64,000 bases of DNA. Origin: Chara braunii (lineage: Eukaryota; Plantae; Charophyceae). Numbering within the stretch: position 1 is the stretch's first letter; each line of letters opens with the position of its first letter. The notes beneath the pieces were generated by a model. It was given only the letters and a program-made list of their open reading frames with translations. It made no database searches and had not been told where the DNA came from. The stretch lies in contig BFEA01000002.1 in NCBI GenBank assembly GCA_003427395.1, positions 3,391,309 to 3,455,308 on the forward strand, given 5' to 3'. Shown here piece after piece: positions 49,434 to 62,734 of this stretch. The position numbers and the translations under genes are program-made.

Positions 49434-52400
49434 TTTAAGTACAGGGAATACACACACTCTCAAACTATACTTATCTTCCTAACACACACACACACACACA
49501 CAGACACACACACACACACACACACACGCACCCACACACACCCACACGCACNNNNNNNNNNNNNNNNNNNNNNNNNNNNNNNNNNNNNNNNNNNNNNNNN
49601 NNNNNNNNNNNNNNNNNNNNNNNNNNNNNNNNNNNNNNNNNNNNNNNNNNNNNNNNNNNNNNNNNNNNNNNNNNNNNNNNNNNNNNNNNNNNNNNNNNNN
49701 NNNNNNNNNNNNNNNNNNNNNNNNNNNNNNNNNNNNNNNNNNNNNNNNNNNNNNNNNNNNNNNNNNNNNNNNNNNNNNNNNNNNNNNNNNNNNNNNNNNN
49801 NNNNNNNNNNNNNNNNNNNNNNNNNNNNNNNNNNNNNNNNNNNNNNNNNNNNNNNNNNNNNNNNNNNNNNNNNNNNNNNNNNNNNNNNNNNNNNNNNNNN
49901 NNNNNNNNNNNNNNNNNNNNNNNNNNNNNNNNNNNNNNNNNNNNNNNNNNNNNNNNNNNNNNNNNNNNNNNNNNNNNNNNNNNNNNNNNNNNNNNNNNNN
50001 NNNNNNNNNNNNNNNNNNNNNNNNNNNNNNNNNNNNNNNNNNNNNNNNNNNNNNNNNNNNNNNNNNNNNNNNNNNNNNNNNNNNNNNNNNNNNNNNNNNN
50101 NNNNNNNNNNNNNNNNNNNNNNNNNNNNNNNNNNNNNNNNNNNNNNNNNNNNNNNNNNNNNNNNGCGAGAGGAAGAGGGCAACGGTAGAGGGAAAAAGTG
50201 AGGAAGAGGGGAGATGGTGCCCGCTGAATTCGAACACCTGTTCAACCCTGGACCCCCGGCCACCTTCCGGCCTTTCCGACCTTCGGACGACTGCCCAGGG
50301 GCAGACCCTGAGCCATGGCCCACGAGGAAAACTGAATTGCAGTTTGAAACTCAGCCGCGCAGACTTTTCTGCAAAGTCGTGTTTAAACTTTAAACTTTAA
50401 AGTGCATTTCCAACTTGGGGCCTGACTGGACTGCAGAAACTGTGTTTCTTTTTTCTTTTTTTTTTTCAAAAAAAAAAAGCTCCTTCTATTCTGGGGAGCG
50501 TCAGTCCGGTTCCTATTCCACCGGCAAGTCACAGCATAATACATTACAGAGTAAGAACACACGCTTCCTCCCGTCCGGCCGGAGGACCCCTGAACAGCAT
50601 TGATTACTCCGCCCTTGGTGGAGGATTGACTGTCAGCTTGCCTTGAGTCTCTCTTCCCTCTCAGATCTTCCCTAACAGATCTGCCTGAAATTCCTGTTCA
50701 ACCTAGGAAGAGATCCTCCCTTGCTGCCATGTGATCTACCTTCCTCTTTTTACCAATTATTCACAAAAGCTGTGTTCCCCCCTGTTCCCTAAAACCCCTT
50801 TCTCTGCCTTTAATTGGTGTCCCGTGTCCCTTATTCTCCCTCTTCAATACTTGACCTCCTTGGCTGTACGTCCCTTCCCTGCTGCTCCCTCTCTTTTGCC
50901 CCAGCCCCGTTTGTATCTCAGTCCTGTCCTTGCGAAGTTAGATTTATTTTAAGTGGGTCTGAGGTTCCCTCCCTTTGCGGTTTCTTCTGCAGATCACTCC
51001 TCCCTCCCGCAGTTTATGGTAGTCCCAGCTCCTGGTCCCCATTCTCGTCCTCATAAGGCGGGTCCTGGAGATCGTCCTTAAACCAATGGAAGCGCAAGGC
51101 TTTCCCTTCCAATGAAGCCACCTTGCCCCCTGCTAGAACCTTTGTCTGAAACTTGTTAATTATTTCCTTAGCCTTATCTGGATTTAATTCTTCCTGCCTC
51201 TCCGCTTGCTTCTTGGCTCTCTGCCATTGTGCCCTGATTTCTGTTTCCAGCAGGTTGTACATTATTCCTCTGGCTTCCATTATAGTCATATGATTCCCTC
51301 CTACCACCCTTTGGCATCTTCTTTTCCACACTGTCCACAGTGTGTAGAGCCTCAGTAGCCGGAAAATGTATTTTTGGCAGGAATTCCAGTCTCTGGGCGC
51401 TTCCATGTTGATTAGGAGTCTGTCTCTGATCGGAGGGAAGGGAACTTCCGTGACCCGGGACCATAGTGCGCGAGCTAACGCCCACACCTTCTCTGCCTCC
51501 GAGCATGAGATTAAGCAGTGGACCATCGTTTCCAGAGCCCCACCCGTACACAGGGTACAGTTTCGTTCCTCCTCTGTCCTAGCTTGCCTGCTTCTTCTTT
51601 CATACAACCAAGAGTTGACTGGGAGGGCCACGTGGAGGATGAGCCATTGTAGACTTCTGACCTTACCCAATCTTATACTGTGAAGGGACGACCAGGCAAC
51701 TTCCCCACCTGGTCTCTCTGTATCCCCTCCCTCTTTTCCCATCTTAAGGCTAGGGGAAGGTCCAGATGGGTCGATCTTCTCCTCAGCCTATAACCCAGTC
51801 TCGTTGTATAGCGGAGAATGTTAATCTTCGTTGTCACTCGTGTCTCTCCAACCCTAATATTCCATGCCCATTCCGCCGGGTCGTACTCCAAATCTTCAAT
51901 GGCCACCGTGGGTGCAAATACTGTAAATTCGTCATCCTCTACCACCCTGATCTACCTGAGTAGGCACTTCTTAGCTGTGATTGCTGTCTTGGATTCCTTA
52001 TCCAGGTGACTCACTGTGATTCCCGGATTACGAATTACGAACATCTCTGCATCAAGCCACTGTTTATCAAGGCCCACTTCCTGCTGCACCCGGAAGGCCT
52101 GCTCTGGAACTGTACTTATATGCCAGGTCGCCCAATCACCCCATTCCCATTTGTACGGCCCTCTCAACAACTGCGTCCATTCTTGCGGAATGGAGATTAG
52201 AACATCATTTAGATTCTCCATAAGCTTATGACAACCTTTCATCGTGGCTCTCAGTTCCGTCCCTGTCTTCCATCTATTATCATTCTGGGACCATAAGTGC
52301 TTGATCTGCCAGACCCCGTGTTCCAACCAATTCCCCCATCTTGTGTCCCTAGCTGTTAGTGTCCTCGGCTTCCCTTGGGAATCCTGTAACCAGGGGTTAC

Positions 52401-53072
52401 AAAACAAGGGTTGCCTGAGGACTTCCTTCTTGGATCTAGGTTTCCGTACTCTAGCCGGGAATATCTCTTCCCATATCGTAAGAATCTGTGCCCAGTATGA
52501 TGGGGAGGAAGTTCCCTCCTCACCCCCCCGCTCCCTTGGCCTACCCCTTTTTGCCCACCCTTTGTAGAATATCCAAAAGGTGCCCTCCATATTTGGAGGA
52601 GTTGAGAACTGCGAAAGCCCTCGTATGTGCTCCAATACTACGGGGACCCAGCGCAAGTGGGGTTGCGTTACCAGCTTGATAATCCATTTTGATTGGAGTG
52701 CCTTAATCTGCTGCTCTGGATCCAGGATGCCCAGTCCCCCCCGATTCTTTGTTTGTGTTACTTGTTTCCAGGCTACCTTAGAAATGAAGTTATCCTTGGT
52801 CGGGTTCCCTGTCCACAGATAGGCTGCTGCAACCCTTCGGAGCCTTCGAAGTGTTGAACCTGGGGGTGACCACAGGGTGCCCGCATACCATAGCATGGAG
52901 AAGATGGAGGCATTGAGGACCAAGGCTCTCCCGTACAGGGAGGTATAAATGGTAGACCATGCGTCCAGCTTTGCTAGCATTTTGGTCATTTGATCAGGGG
53001 CCATGGAGTGATGGGGGCCCTCGTCCGCTAGCCTAATCCCCAGATACCTCAACGGTTGGTGTGGGGGTAGCC

Positions 53073-53110
53073 CTGTCTCTTATACACATCTAGATGTGTA
53101 TAAGAGACAG
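53073..53110. other. Nextera mate-pair junction adapter (two Tn5 mosaic ends), assembly artefact
   Basis: Exact CTGTCTCTTATACACATCT+AGATGTGTATAAGAGACAG between two ~280-bp overlapping LINE copies. Confidence 0.98.
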
Positions 53111-55855
53111 ATCCTTGGTCGGGTTCCCTGTCCACAGATAGGCTGCTGCAACCCTTCGGAGCCTTCGAAGTGTTGATCCTGGGGGTGACCAGAGGGTGCC
53201 CGCATACCATAGCATGGAGAAGATGGAGGCATTGAGGACCAAGGCTCTCCCGTACAGGGAGGTATAAATGGTAGACCATGCGTCCAACTTTGCTAGCATT
53301 TTGGTCATTTGATCAGGGGCCATGGAGTGATGTGGGCCTTTGTCCGCCAGCCTAATCCCCAGATACCTCAACGGTTGGTGTGAGGGTAGCCACTCCATTC
53401 CCCATGGTCAGGGGGCTGGGGCTGCTGGTGCTGTTGGTCGTATATAAGCCACCATGCTATCGTTTTGGGCCAATTAATTCTCATTTCCGCTGCCAACTGG
53501 AATGCTTCCATCGCTTTTGTGAGTGCTTGAAAAGAGGAATCCGTGGCCCTGATGAGTACTGTGAGATCGTCTGCGAATAGTATCGTGGTGGGTAATTTTA
53601 TTATACGCCCCTGCTGATCCGGTTCTGCTATTAGACGGTCGATTGAAGGGTCTTTCCTAAGGAATGAAGCTATGGCTTCCATGATAAAGAGAAAGATGGG
53701 GGCGGCTAATGGGTAACCTTGCCTCATTGATCTAGTCATTCTGTATCTATCTGAAAGACAATTGTTGACTTGTACCTGGCCATGTGAATCATTGTATAAT
53801 ACTCTCACCCACTTGCGAAAGTTGGGACCTACTCCCATTTTCTCCATACATTGCTGAAGAAAAGGCCAACTGACCTGGTCATATGCTTTTTTGAAATCAA
53901 AGAAGAGGATGGCCGCGTTCATTCTCTTGTTCGCTATGAATCTCACCGATTCCGATAAAGTCATCACGTTGTCCAAGATGAATCCCCCTGGGATAAAGCC
54001 TGTTTGATCCAAGTGGAAGCAGTTGGCCGTTATCCTCCTCAAGCGGTTCGCTAATGCTTTGGCCACTATCTTGTGTGTTAGTGTCAGGAGTGTAATCGGT
54101 CCGAAGTTTTTAATGTCCCTAGGGTTTCCCTTCTTATACAATAAGGTGACTACCCCTGTTGATGATTCCGCTCCCATGCCTTCGTGGATCCATGCCTGGT
54201 TCAAGAAGGTTTCGTATTCCCCTCCCAAGATTTCCCAGTACTCCTGCCATAACTCCCTTGTTAGCGTTTTGTTTGGAGGCATTGTATCTAAAGCCCTTCT
54301 CAGCTCTTCTTGCGAAAGCGGGGCGTCTAGCATCTCTGCCTGGACCCCATTCACCGTGCGGTCCAGGTAGGCTAGGAATTTATTCCGAACTTCCTTTTCC
54401 TGTCTTGGATCCTGGTCCCCTTCTCTAGACCTATAGAGTGAGGTGTAGAAGCTACTGGCTACTGACAACAACCCTTCAGGATCTGACACTACTCCCTGAG
54501 AGCCTTCCAGCTGCTCTATTTGCGATGTCCTACCTCTGGTTTTAATCTTTTGAAAGAAATACTTTGTCATTCGCTCTCCTTCTTCCCATTCTTTTACTCT
54601 TGCTCTCAACTGCATACCCCTAGCCCTCCAGCGTTCCCAGTCCCCTAACTCCCTTCTTGCCTCTATTGTGTTTTCGTATAATTTCGTGCCCGGGTTGCTG
54701 ATTAGGTTCCTCTCTGCTATACGTAGGGCTTGCCGAAGTTCCTGTTCCCTGGCCTTCTGGCTGCTAGCTGCCTGGCCACTACTGACGATGCTTGCGTTAG
54801 TGCATTGATTAAATCAGGGAACGACCGTGAGTCGCTGTCGTGGTCCAAGCATACCTGTAGTATGGCCTTTCTTAGCTCTGGGGTTTTTAGCAGGGAATTG
54901 TTTATCTTGTAAAAACTTCTGCCCCTCTGGATATGTTTATTTAGGGTCAGCTCTAGCGTCACAGGTTTGTGATCTAGACATGTGCAGTGCGGCATATCAC
55001 TTATTTCGATCGAGTGAATAGATCCTATCAGCTCTTCCGATACTAGGAAGTAATCTATTCTAGAGGCTGACATGTGCTGGCTGCAATTCCTTTTGTAGTA
55101 GGTGTATTGTTTCAGGTTTGGGTAGTGGAGGCGGAAGGGGTCAATAAGCCCCTGGGCTATCATGAGTGCGTGAAGTGGTAAGGCCTCTTCACCCGGAGGC
55201 TCATCCCCTGATCCTGATCTTCCACCCATTATCCTATCTAAACCTGGGTCAAGAGTGGCATTCCAGTCACTTGCCAGTATGACATGTCTCATTGACTCCA
55301 AGTGGGATTGTGCTGACTTAAGCATTTCTGCTCTACTTTGGTAGGAGTTGTGGCAATAAACTGTGACTAACGAGAATTGTTCCTCCTGATAAGAGAAGTT
55401 GAGCTTCACCCATCGACCCTCCTCCTCATCCGTCGAGGCATCTAACACAGACAACTTCTTTGCTGCCGCCGATCTCCTATTCAACAGAATTACCACCCCT
55501 GCTGAGTGCGGTCTATTTGCCACGGCCCAAAAACTAGCCTTCACCCATCTGAGTTGCTTTTCTATACGTTGTTGCGTCTTTTGATGTGCCGGCGAGTCAG
55601 TGAGGTGGGTTTCTTGAAGACATAAAAAGTCTGGGGGGTTCCTCCCGAACCAATCCGTGGCCCTTAATAAATTATTCCATTTATCCTTATTGTCTAAAAT
55701 NTGTGCCATGCCATTAACGTTCCAAGACACAATTCTGATTTCCGGTTCCCTTCCCCCCTCNNGTGACGATAATCTTCTTCTCTTGGTTCTATCGTCCAAC
55801 ACTACCCCTGCCATTTATAGTATTCCCTGAATATGGTCCATTAATGAGCATTTCT

Positions 55856-57322
55856 TCATGAACCCTCTTGTGGCCACTCCCAATCAGCCGCCACGGCTGC
55901 TAACAATGTGTCCATGCCCTCTGGCGTCCCCGAGAAAACATCTGCCTTGGAGAGGATCGCTGCTCCCCTAGCCACCCATTCCGCTGCCTCTGTGCCCCCC
56001 AATAGTCCATATGGTATTGCCTCCACCACCTTCCAAGGCATCCATATTAATCCCTCCGCCAGCTTTGCCTTCTCTTGCATTCTGAGTAGCATAGGCCTGT
56101 AGTCAACTGTTTGCTTACCACCTGCCGTGTCCTCCCACTCCTCCCGATCTTGGGAAAGGCTCCCTACCACCTGAGCTCTGTCCGGGAGATCTCCTGAGAT
56201 CTGTTCCTTGAGCCTTTCCTGCGAGCAGTGACTATCCTTTGTAGAGATTAGAGCCAATGTCTTGTGTATGGCCACCTCCCAGTCCGAGTTGCCGTTGTTC
56301 CAGCGGTATGGTATGATGACTCTCCTCCCCGGATTGTGCCTTGCGAAGAGCTTGGCTGCTGCATTTATGTCACCCTGTGGAGAGTAGGCTATTTTTAGCA
56401 GATTGATGGTATCCTCCTCCAATTCCCTGTTTTGATCCTTGAGGGCGTTGATTTGTGCCTCTAGAATCGCTGCTTGTCTCATCTCCTCCTTGATCTGCTC
56501 CTTCTCCTCCGTCCCTTGAGCTGGGCTTTCTGATTCCTGCTGCGCTTTCCTTTTTTGCTCTGACCTTTTCAACCCCTGAGGTTGGTACGCTTTGGGCCAT
56601 ATAAACTGCTTGGCGTAGTTCCCGTTGTGTACCAAAATGTCGTTGCTGTTTGGGTGGGCCTTCCAAGCATACTGTGATGCGTAGAACTCATTGACCTCCT
56701 GCTCTTTCCTCAACCATTCAAATCTGTTTGTTGAGGTAATATCATCCCCAGCTGAAGTAGCCTGCTTCAGGTTGCGTAGATGCTTATGATGCGCCAGACG
56801 TACTTCACATTCGACGTGTCTTCCCCACTTCAGCTTGTGTACCGTTCTGATCCACTGGGCTAGCGTTTCCGGTTCCTCCTCCTCCTCCGCATCCTCCCAT
56901 TTCTCCCCTTCTGTGTCTTCTCCTGTGTCTTCTCCTGTGTCTTCTCCTGAGTCCTCTCCCGAGTCCTGTGACATTCTAACATCTTCCCCGCTATCCATTT
57001 CTCCTTTTGAGTCATTCGGTGGATCTGCCATTCCGTTTTCCCCGCTGTCCATCCGTGCTCTGCCTGATGGGCTGTTACCTGCTGATGGTGAACCTGGGCG
57101 TGTATGTTGGTCCGAAGAAGAAGATGACGAATCCTCTGCCTCCGATGGAGTTATGTCCATCCCCTCACTCTGTGCCTTGGCCTCCCCTTGCCCCTCTTCT
57201 CTCGTGCCTGATCCATGGACTTGGCCTTGCGACACTGAAGCTTCCTCTTCCCTCTTGCCCGTATGAGATCTTTTTGTGTCGTGGCTCGCAATACCCCCCG
57301 TAGAAGTTTCTCTGTCACTCAT
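55856..57322 (-). CDS. Atypical LINE ORF1 (488 aa)
   Basis: Open ATG ORF just inside the 5' TSD and upstream of the APE. Acidic disordered N-terminus and a coiled-coil-like stretch; no zinc knuckle. Confidence 0.7.
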   Translation of the reverse strand: MSDRETSTGGIASHDTKRSHTGKREEEASVSQGQVHGSGTREEGQGEAKAQSEGMDITPSEAEDSSSSSSDQHTRPGSPSAGNSPSGRARMDSGENGMADPPNDSKGEMDSGEDVRMSQDSGEDSGEDTGEDTGEDTEGEKWEDAEEEEEPETLAQWIRTVHKLKWGRHVECEVRLAHHKHLRNLKQATSAGDDITSTNRFEWLRKEQEVNEFYASQYAWKAHPNSNDILVHNGNYAKQFIWPKAYQPQGLKRSEQKRKAQQESESPAQGTEEKEQIKEEMRQAAILEAQINALKDQNRELEEDTINLLKIAYSPQGDINAAAKLFARHNPGRRVIIPYRWNNGNSDWEVAIHKTLALISTKDSHCSQERLKEQISGDLPDRAQVVGSLSQDREEWEDTAGGKQTVDYRPMLLRMQEKAKLAEGLIWMPWKVVEAIPYGLLGGTEAAEWVARGAAILSKADVFSGTPEGMDTLLAAVAADWEWPQEGS

Positions 57323-58436
57323 CTTCCTTTTGAATGCCCCTTGTGAATCCCCCTCCTCTCTTGGCTTGCTGACCCTTGTCTCTCCTGTCCCCTCCCCTCG
57401 CAGAAACTGTGTTTCAAATTTATATTAAAACTGTTTTTGTGACTCCCGCGTAGCTACCCCTTTATTTTATTTTCTTTTATTATTTTTCTTAGCTCAATAC
57501 AAGTAACTTGAACCGAACAGCAGTGATAGGCACCAGGGCTCACAGGTTGCCCAGCCCTGGTGGAAGCGGAATCGAACGAGCCGTGTCGAACGGGAACTTT
57601 GGACGCCAGGCCCAGGCCCCAAGAGACTCTAGGCCCTAGGTTCAGACAGAGTAGCGCCCATTGAAGCAGGCTTACCGTCCTTCCCCTAGCTTACCCAAGG
57701 CCAGACGGAACTCGGACTGGCCTGAGCGACTTATACCCCTACCCTTACCCTAGGGTCTAAGCCTTATATATCCACCAGACAGTTCTATCCGAATATCAGT
57801 AGGAACTCCAGCGGCCCTTACCTGTACCTACTGCAGATACAAGACCCCACCCAGATACAAGACCCCCCCAGTCTGATAGTCGTGTAGTTCGCAATCTATG
57901 TGTATATCCGAAGGCTATGTATGCTCCATGTATCTATGTATCAAGATGTACAGACAGCACCATGTGTGGAAACTTGTGTATGTAGCCCGTAGGCCATGTA
58001 TAACTCACAAGGTATGCATATGCCCGAAGGCTGTGTGTGCTCTGTGAATCAGTTTGTCGAGAGATGTATAGGCAGTGTCATGTGTATATATCGACGAGAG
58101 AACGGGGAAAGCTGGACAAGGACCCGCCCAAGGTTCGAACCAAGCTCGAACCTGTGACCTTGTAACATGTAATCGAATGACTCTACCATGTGAACAACTA
58201 GCGGAAATGGCACAAACGTGTGATATGCCAGACTGGGGAGATCAACAGAGCACCCAAGACCAACACTCCCAAGCAACCCATGTGAAACCCAGAACCAACA
58301 TACAACACCATGAACAACCCTTGGGTGGTGCGCAGGCAGTGTCTGTAATAGTACCATGCGTCAGCCCAAGGGGAGTGTATGTCCAGCTGTGCGTCAATCT
58401 AACGCCCTGCCAGTGTCCATGGGCAAGGTTGCCATT

Positions 58437-58714
58437 GAGTTTTGAACCCGCAACCTCATACCACAATGCGCATTTCCAACCGGTGCTCTAACCACTGAGC
58501 CACATTATGCCATTTGTGATTGCGTCAACCAACCCTCCCAGGGGAAAAGGGATTTGAACCCGCGACTTATCATACAGTTATGACTCTGATGAGTCTTTTC
58601 AGGTGTCTCCAACCACCATGGACAGACCTTTCTGCTCCCGCGACTTATCATACAGTTATGACTCTGATGAGTCTTTTCAGGTGTCTCCAACCACCGTGGA
58701 CAGACCTTTCTGCT
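58437..58714 (-). repeat. tRNA-derived (SINE-like) heads with a 78-bp tandem duplication
   Basis: On the - strand, A box TGGCTCAGTGGTTAGAGC and B box GGGTTCAAAAC (58437-58505), plus a second GCGGGTTCAAATCCC. The unit 58559-58636 is repeated at 58637-58714. Confidence 0.55.
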
Positions 58715-59131
58715 CGAGTGAGCCTTTACGAAGACAATGTTAAGGGACACTAGGCCGGCTTTCCAGCAAGTGTTGCTCCTCACCAATAGATAGAGCCTCC
58801 CGGGAAGTGCTAGTGGTGGCTGCTTTATCAGCAGATTCAGCACCCCGAGCATCCACGCGGGTTGTTCACACACACAGGCACACATACACACACACACACA
58901 CNNNNNNNNNNNNNNNNNNNNNNNNNNCGAAAAAATGCGGCTAGAAAGAGCGAGCTGGGAGTCTCGATTTTAGAACCTGGTTACCAGCAAATGTCCTTTG
59001 CAGTTTAGAAAAGTTATGGTGTTTAATTTTTTTTTTCTTTCATCTCTCTTCTTTCAAATTGACATTTTGTTGAATATCCCGGTTTTGCTTCATCCAACCC
59101 CTCCCCCCGCCCCCTCCCCTGCTCGACACAG

Positions 59132-59421
59132 AATAGGAAATGATATCCTGGAGTATCAAGATCGACAGCCAGCGCCAGCTAATGGCCCGCCCGGGGTTTA
59201 CCAGTCCACTCCTGGACAGTTATTTTTCTTAAATGGACTGAGTGGAGGAGCACCTCCCCTCATTGCCGACAAACCAGAAGCCTATCGCTCTGCTATTCCA
59301 GGTCCACCCCCCGTACCTAGCCCCGAATACAACAGAGATTTGCGAGAGGTGAGGGAGTATGGAGCACTATTCGGCAGCCGGAGGAACCAAGAGCAAGACC
59401 AGGTGCTGAACTTCGCACAAT
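59132..59421 (+). CDS. Haloperoxidase/PAP2-like gene, exon 3
   Basis: Acceptor cacag|A and donor T|GTAAGT. Peptide PGVYQSTPG...GPPPVPSPEYNRDLREVREYG...RNQEQ matches the PPP..S.EY...EV..G..R..EQ motif of bacterial-type vHPO/PAP2 proteins. Confidence 0.85.
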
Positions 59422-59491
59422 GTAAGTTGAGCTGTCCTCAATCTACATCTGCAGCCTATTTACTCTATCCGAATGTTCATATAATAAATAA

Positions 59492-59859
59492 GGGATAGTT
59501 TGCAAAATACCCCCATAAGTTGAGATATATGCCAAAGTGCCCCTGAAAGATGTGGGTAGAGCGGAATGCCCTTTTGGGCCGAAATCTTTGTGTTGTTGCC
59601 CTGTCAGGCGGGTGTGCAACTTTGCAATCTGGACCTCCCCGTTTGGGCCTTGGCCTTTTGCAATAGCACCTAGGAAAAGTTGGCAAGTACTGGGGCATTT
59701 TGCAAAGTTGGATGGTACCCGGTAGGGGTATACTGCAAAGATGGGGGTCCAACCGACGCCAAGGGTATTTCGCAAAATATTTTTTTTGTCAGAGGGGCAT
59801 TCCACTGTACCCACATCTTTTAGGGGCATTTTGGCATATATCTCATTGCAAATTATCCC
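59492..59859. mobile_element. Mutator-like MITE with long imperfect TIRs
   Basis: gggatagtttgcaa...ttgcaaattatccc. 9-bp flanks aataaataa / gataaataa (8 of 9 match). Confidence 0.7.
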
Positions 59860-60945
59860 GATAAATAAAAGAATAAAAAGTTAAAAAACACAAAATGTTA
59901 GATTCCTTACCCGAAACTTTATCCAGAATCATGTTTCCATGAGTTGTGCTATCATTTTTTATTTTTTTTAAAGGAAAAAAATGAGGAACTGGGGTCATTA
60001 CCCGGCTTTGGCGGAGAAGTGTACTTCAATCTAGTAAGAAACTGATGACAATTAAAACCAGGCCACCGACTAAAGAGCCACAAAAAAAAAAGAAGAAGAA
60101 GAAGAAGAAGAAGAAGAAGAAGAACCACACATTACCGAGCAAAAGCCGGACCTACCCAACCATCATCCAGTACCTCCATGCAAAAACGGAAGGGAGAGGA
60201 CACCAACCTCCGTCACCATGGAGATGAGGGACACCACTTGCCCCTATCTTTTTTTTTGGGGGGGGGGTAACTTCAGTAGAGTCACAAAAGCGAGTTATAA
60301 TTGCACTACGGGGCAAGATACAGTTCGCAATTGCACTTCGGGCACCCTACCTGACCTGACCAGTAAACTCGGTTGCAGAGCACTCAGATTGCTACCTTCT
60401 TCGTAGCTGTATTTGAGGCATCTTTCAGTCTAGATACAGCAATAATGACCGTACGTTGTATGCGGGGGAATAAGGTAGACTAAACATGTGACCAGGGGTG
60501 GCAATGGTAGAGAATTAGCAGAGGCTTGACAGATGATAGGAAGCAGGAATTCACAGAGAATAGCCACACATGCGGGCCCGGCAGGGGGCCGGCTGGAGGT
60601 TGACTCAAATAGTATAAAGGGCAGGTACATTCATCTCTAGAACCGCAGCAGAGCACTAAGAGCGGGGGTAGCGGAACAGGGGGTAGCCCTGCCTACTGGA
60701 ATTGGAGGTTTAGCACCGGCCACAGAATCAGGTCGTGCGACTAAGACAACAACATGATGCTGTTACCCGGGTAAATGGAGGGTAGCACAACAGTAGAACT
60801 GTCTCCAACCGCCCGGGCCAGTAGCAGGAAGACCCAGCGGCTTGCTACTACCACAACTACATCTCTGGTCAAACACATAATGGCAACAATAAGTGGGCGT
60901 CGTAGGATACAACTACACCTTTGTCATCCTTTCTACATTGTATCC

Positions 60946-61040
60946 TCCTACTACACCCCATCTTATTTTTTTGTTGTTGAAAAACTAATCTATATTCTTC
61001 TCTTGGGGTTTATTAGCTTGATGGATGGGGTGTAGTAGGA
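60946..61040. repeat. 17-bp inverted repeat / mini TIR element
   Basis: tcctactacaccccatc...gatggggtgtagtagga. Confidence 0.6.
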
Positions 61041-61043
61041 TTG

Positions 61044-61076
<33 letters not shown>

Positions 61077-61118
61077 AGAAGAAGAAGAAGAAGAAGAAGA
61101 AAAAGGAAAAAAGGATAC

Positions 61119-62650
61119 AACAAGACTGAACAGATGAATAAGATCCTGCAGCAAGTTCTGCGTATGTACAGTAGACCCGATCAAGTCAATTGGGACGAGA
61201 TGTTGCCCAAGGTAGCCAGTGCGTACAATAACAGCGTGCACTTGTCCACCTGTCGCACTCCCAATGAGCTGCACAAGTCCTTTAGACCGCGTAGACCGTT
61301 TGAGGGACTTAACCGTGATCAGATTCACAGGCTACCGCCCAGTACCAGGGAGTTCGCGATACAGCACGAGAAAGAAATAGCTACAGTTGTGGAGAACCTC
61401 AGGAAGGCCCAGCGTAGAATGATAGAACAAGCTAACAAGCACCGTCGCCCATCACAGTTCCAAGTAGGCGACTTAGTCTGGGTCAAGTCTAAAGAGTTTG
61501 CTTCTGAGGAAAACATCTCGCAGAAGTTACTGCCCGCATATACAGGACCGTGGCCAGTTCTAGAAGTCGCTGCCGTGTGTCACGAGTCACGAGAAAACAT
61601 CTCGCGGAGAGGATGGACCGTCCTACACCGTAGGGATCCCAGCACACCTCCACACCTACCCTCTATTTCATGCATCGAAGTCGCTGCCGTGTGTCACGAG
61701 TCAACAGTTTCCATCTAGGAGATCCATGATCCCCCCAGACATGGACGGGAGATACGACATTGACGGCATTGTAGGTGAAGATGTGTTCAGAACAGGAGGT
61801 AGAGGCCGTCCGCAGAAGCAGTATAAGGTCCGGTTTGCTTATCAGGAACCGGAGGACGACCGCTGGTTCACTAGAGCAGAACTTCTAGAGACAGCTCCCG
61901 ACATAGTTAGAGCCTACGAGAGAGACAAGAAAGGTAAAGGTCCTCTCTTGGGCTGAGTTATTCTCGGAGGACCTCGAATTTAGGCCGGTGGGAGTGAAAC
62001 GGTATTCACCAGTTCGCAGTAGCCGACGCAGATCCCAGGGCTCGATCCCTAGTCCCCACCTTACCTGTGTACAGTATCTGTGTTGACCCTAGAGTTGAAC
62101 CGGTGACCTGTGTATTTGTAACAGTTGGTGGTCTGTCGTAGGGTCTGTAGGTAGCAGGGGTTCGATCTGTAGATCTGTCAAGTAGAAGTCCTAGGGGGTT
62201 CTAGAAGTCGTAGCTGCTACAGTCCTGAAGGGTCAACGTCGTAGCTGCTACAGTCTTCGAAAGGCCAGGACCCAGACTTCCAGAAGGTCCTAGTAGTGGC
62301 CTTTCGAAGTTGCTCACGTTTTGACTGAGGCAAGTGGGCAAGTGGTGAGCCCAACTGCAGTACGTCGGCAGTGCGACTGCATTGAGTTGGCAGTGCAAAC
62401 CCATGCAGTCAGCAGTACCGGTCCCAGTCAGTCCTAGTCCAGTCAAGCAAGTACCGCATGGGACTGTGTGCACCACGGGCAAGGGAAAGGGCCAGACCAA
62501 CGAGCTACAGAAGTATAAATCAAAGGGCAGCGTCCAGCCATTCATTCATTCCTGCGTGAGCCATGCGGAAGCGCTGCCACAGCGACTGGTGCGAGGTGGT
62601 CTGCAGTGAGCCCGAAGACGAAGTGGGCGAGAGAGAAGGAGCTTAACCAT
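61119..62650 (+). mobile_element. Chromovirus-type Gypsy fragment: integrase C-terminus, chromodomain-like tail, PPT and LTR
   Basis: Integrase motifs WDEMLPKVASAYNNSVH and LLPAYTGPW. Chromo-like YDIDGIV...QYKVRFAYQEPEDDRW at 61726-61956. Purine-rich ggtgggag then TG at 61995. The right end is approximate. Confidence 0.8.
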
Positions 62651-62695
62651 AGCGATAGGGTAGCAGCGGCCATAGCCGCCATAGCTGTAGATAGC

Positions 62696-62734
<39 letters not shown>

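Larger units (their letters stand above)
50449..57399 (-). mobile_element. L1/Tx1-type LINE in intron 2 of the haloperoxidase-like gene, 16-bp TSD
   Basis: TSD gcagaaactgtgtttc at 50433-50448 and 57400-57415. T-rich tail. APE at 54717-55814 (SWNVNG, LQETH, SDWN, SRIDY). RT at 53368-54615 (FADD). C-terminal Zn motif CTLC...H...C. Confidence 0.93.

Noticed and set aside
53073-53110. Tn5 mosaic ends as a bacterial transposon or horizontal transfer
   Set aside because: Exact match to the Nextera mate-pair junction adapter.
58583-58680. CTGATGAG twice, resembling a hammerhead ribozyme core
   Set aside because: No stem II followed by GAAA and no closing helices are visible.
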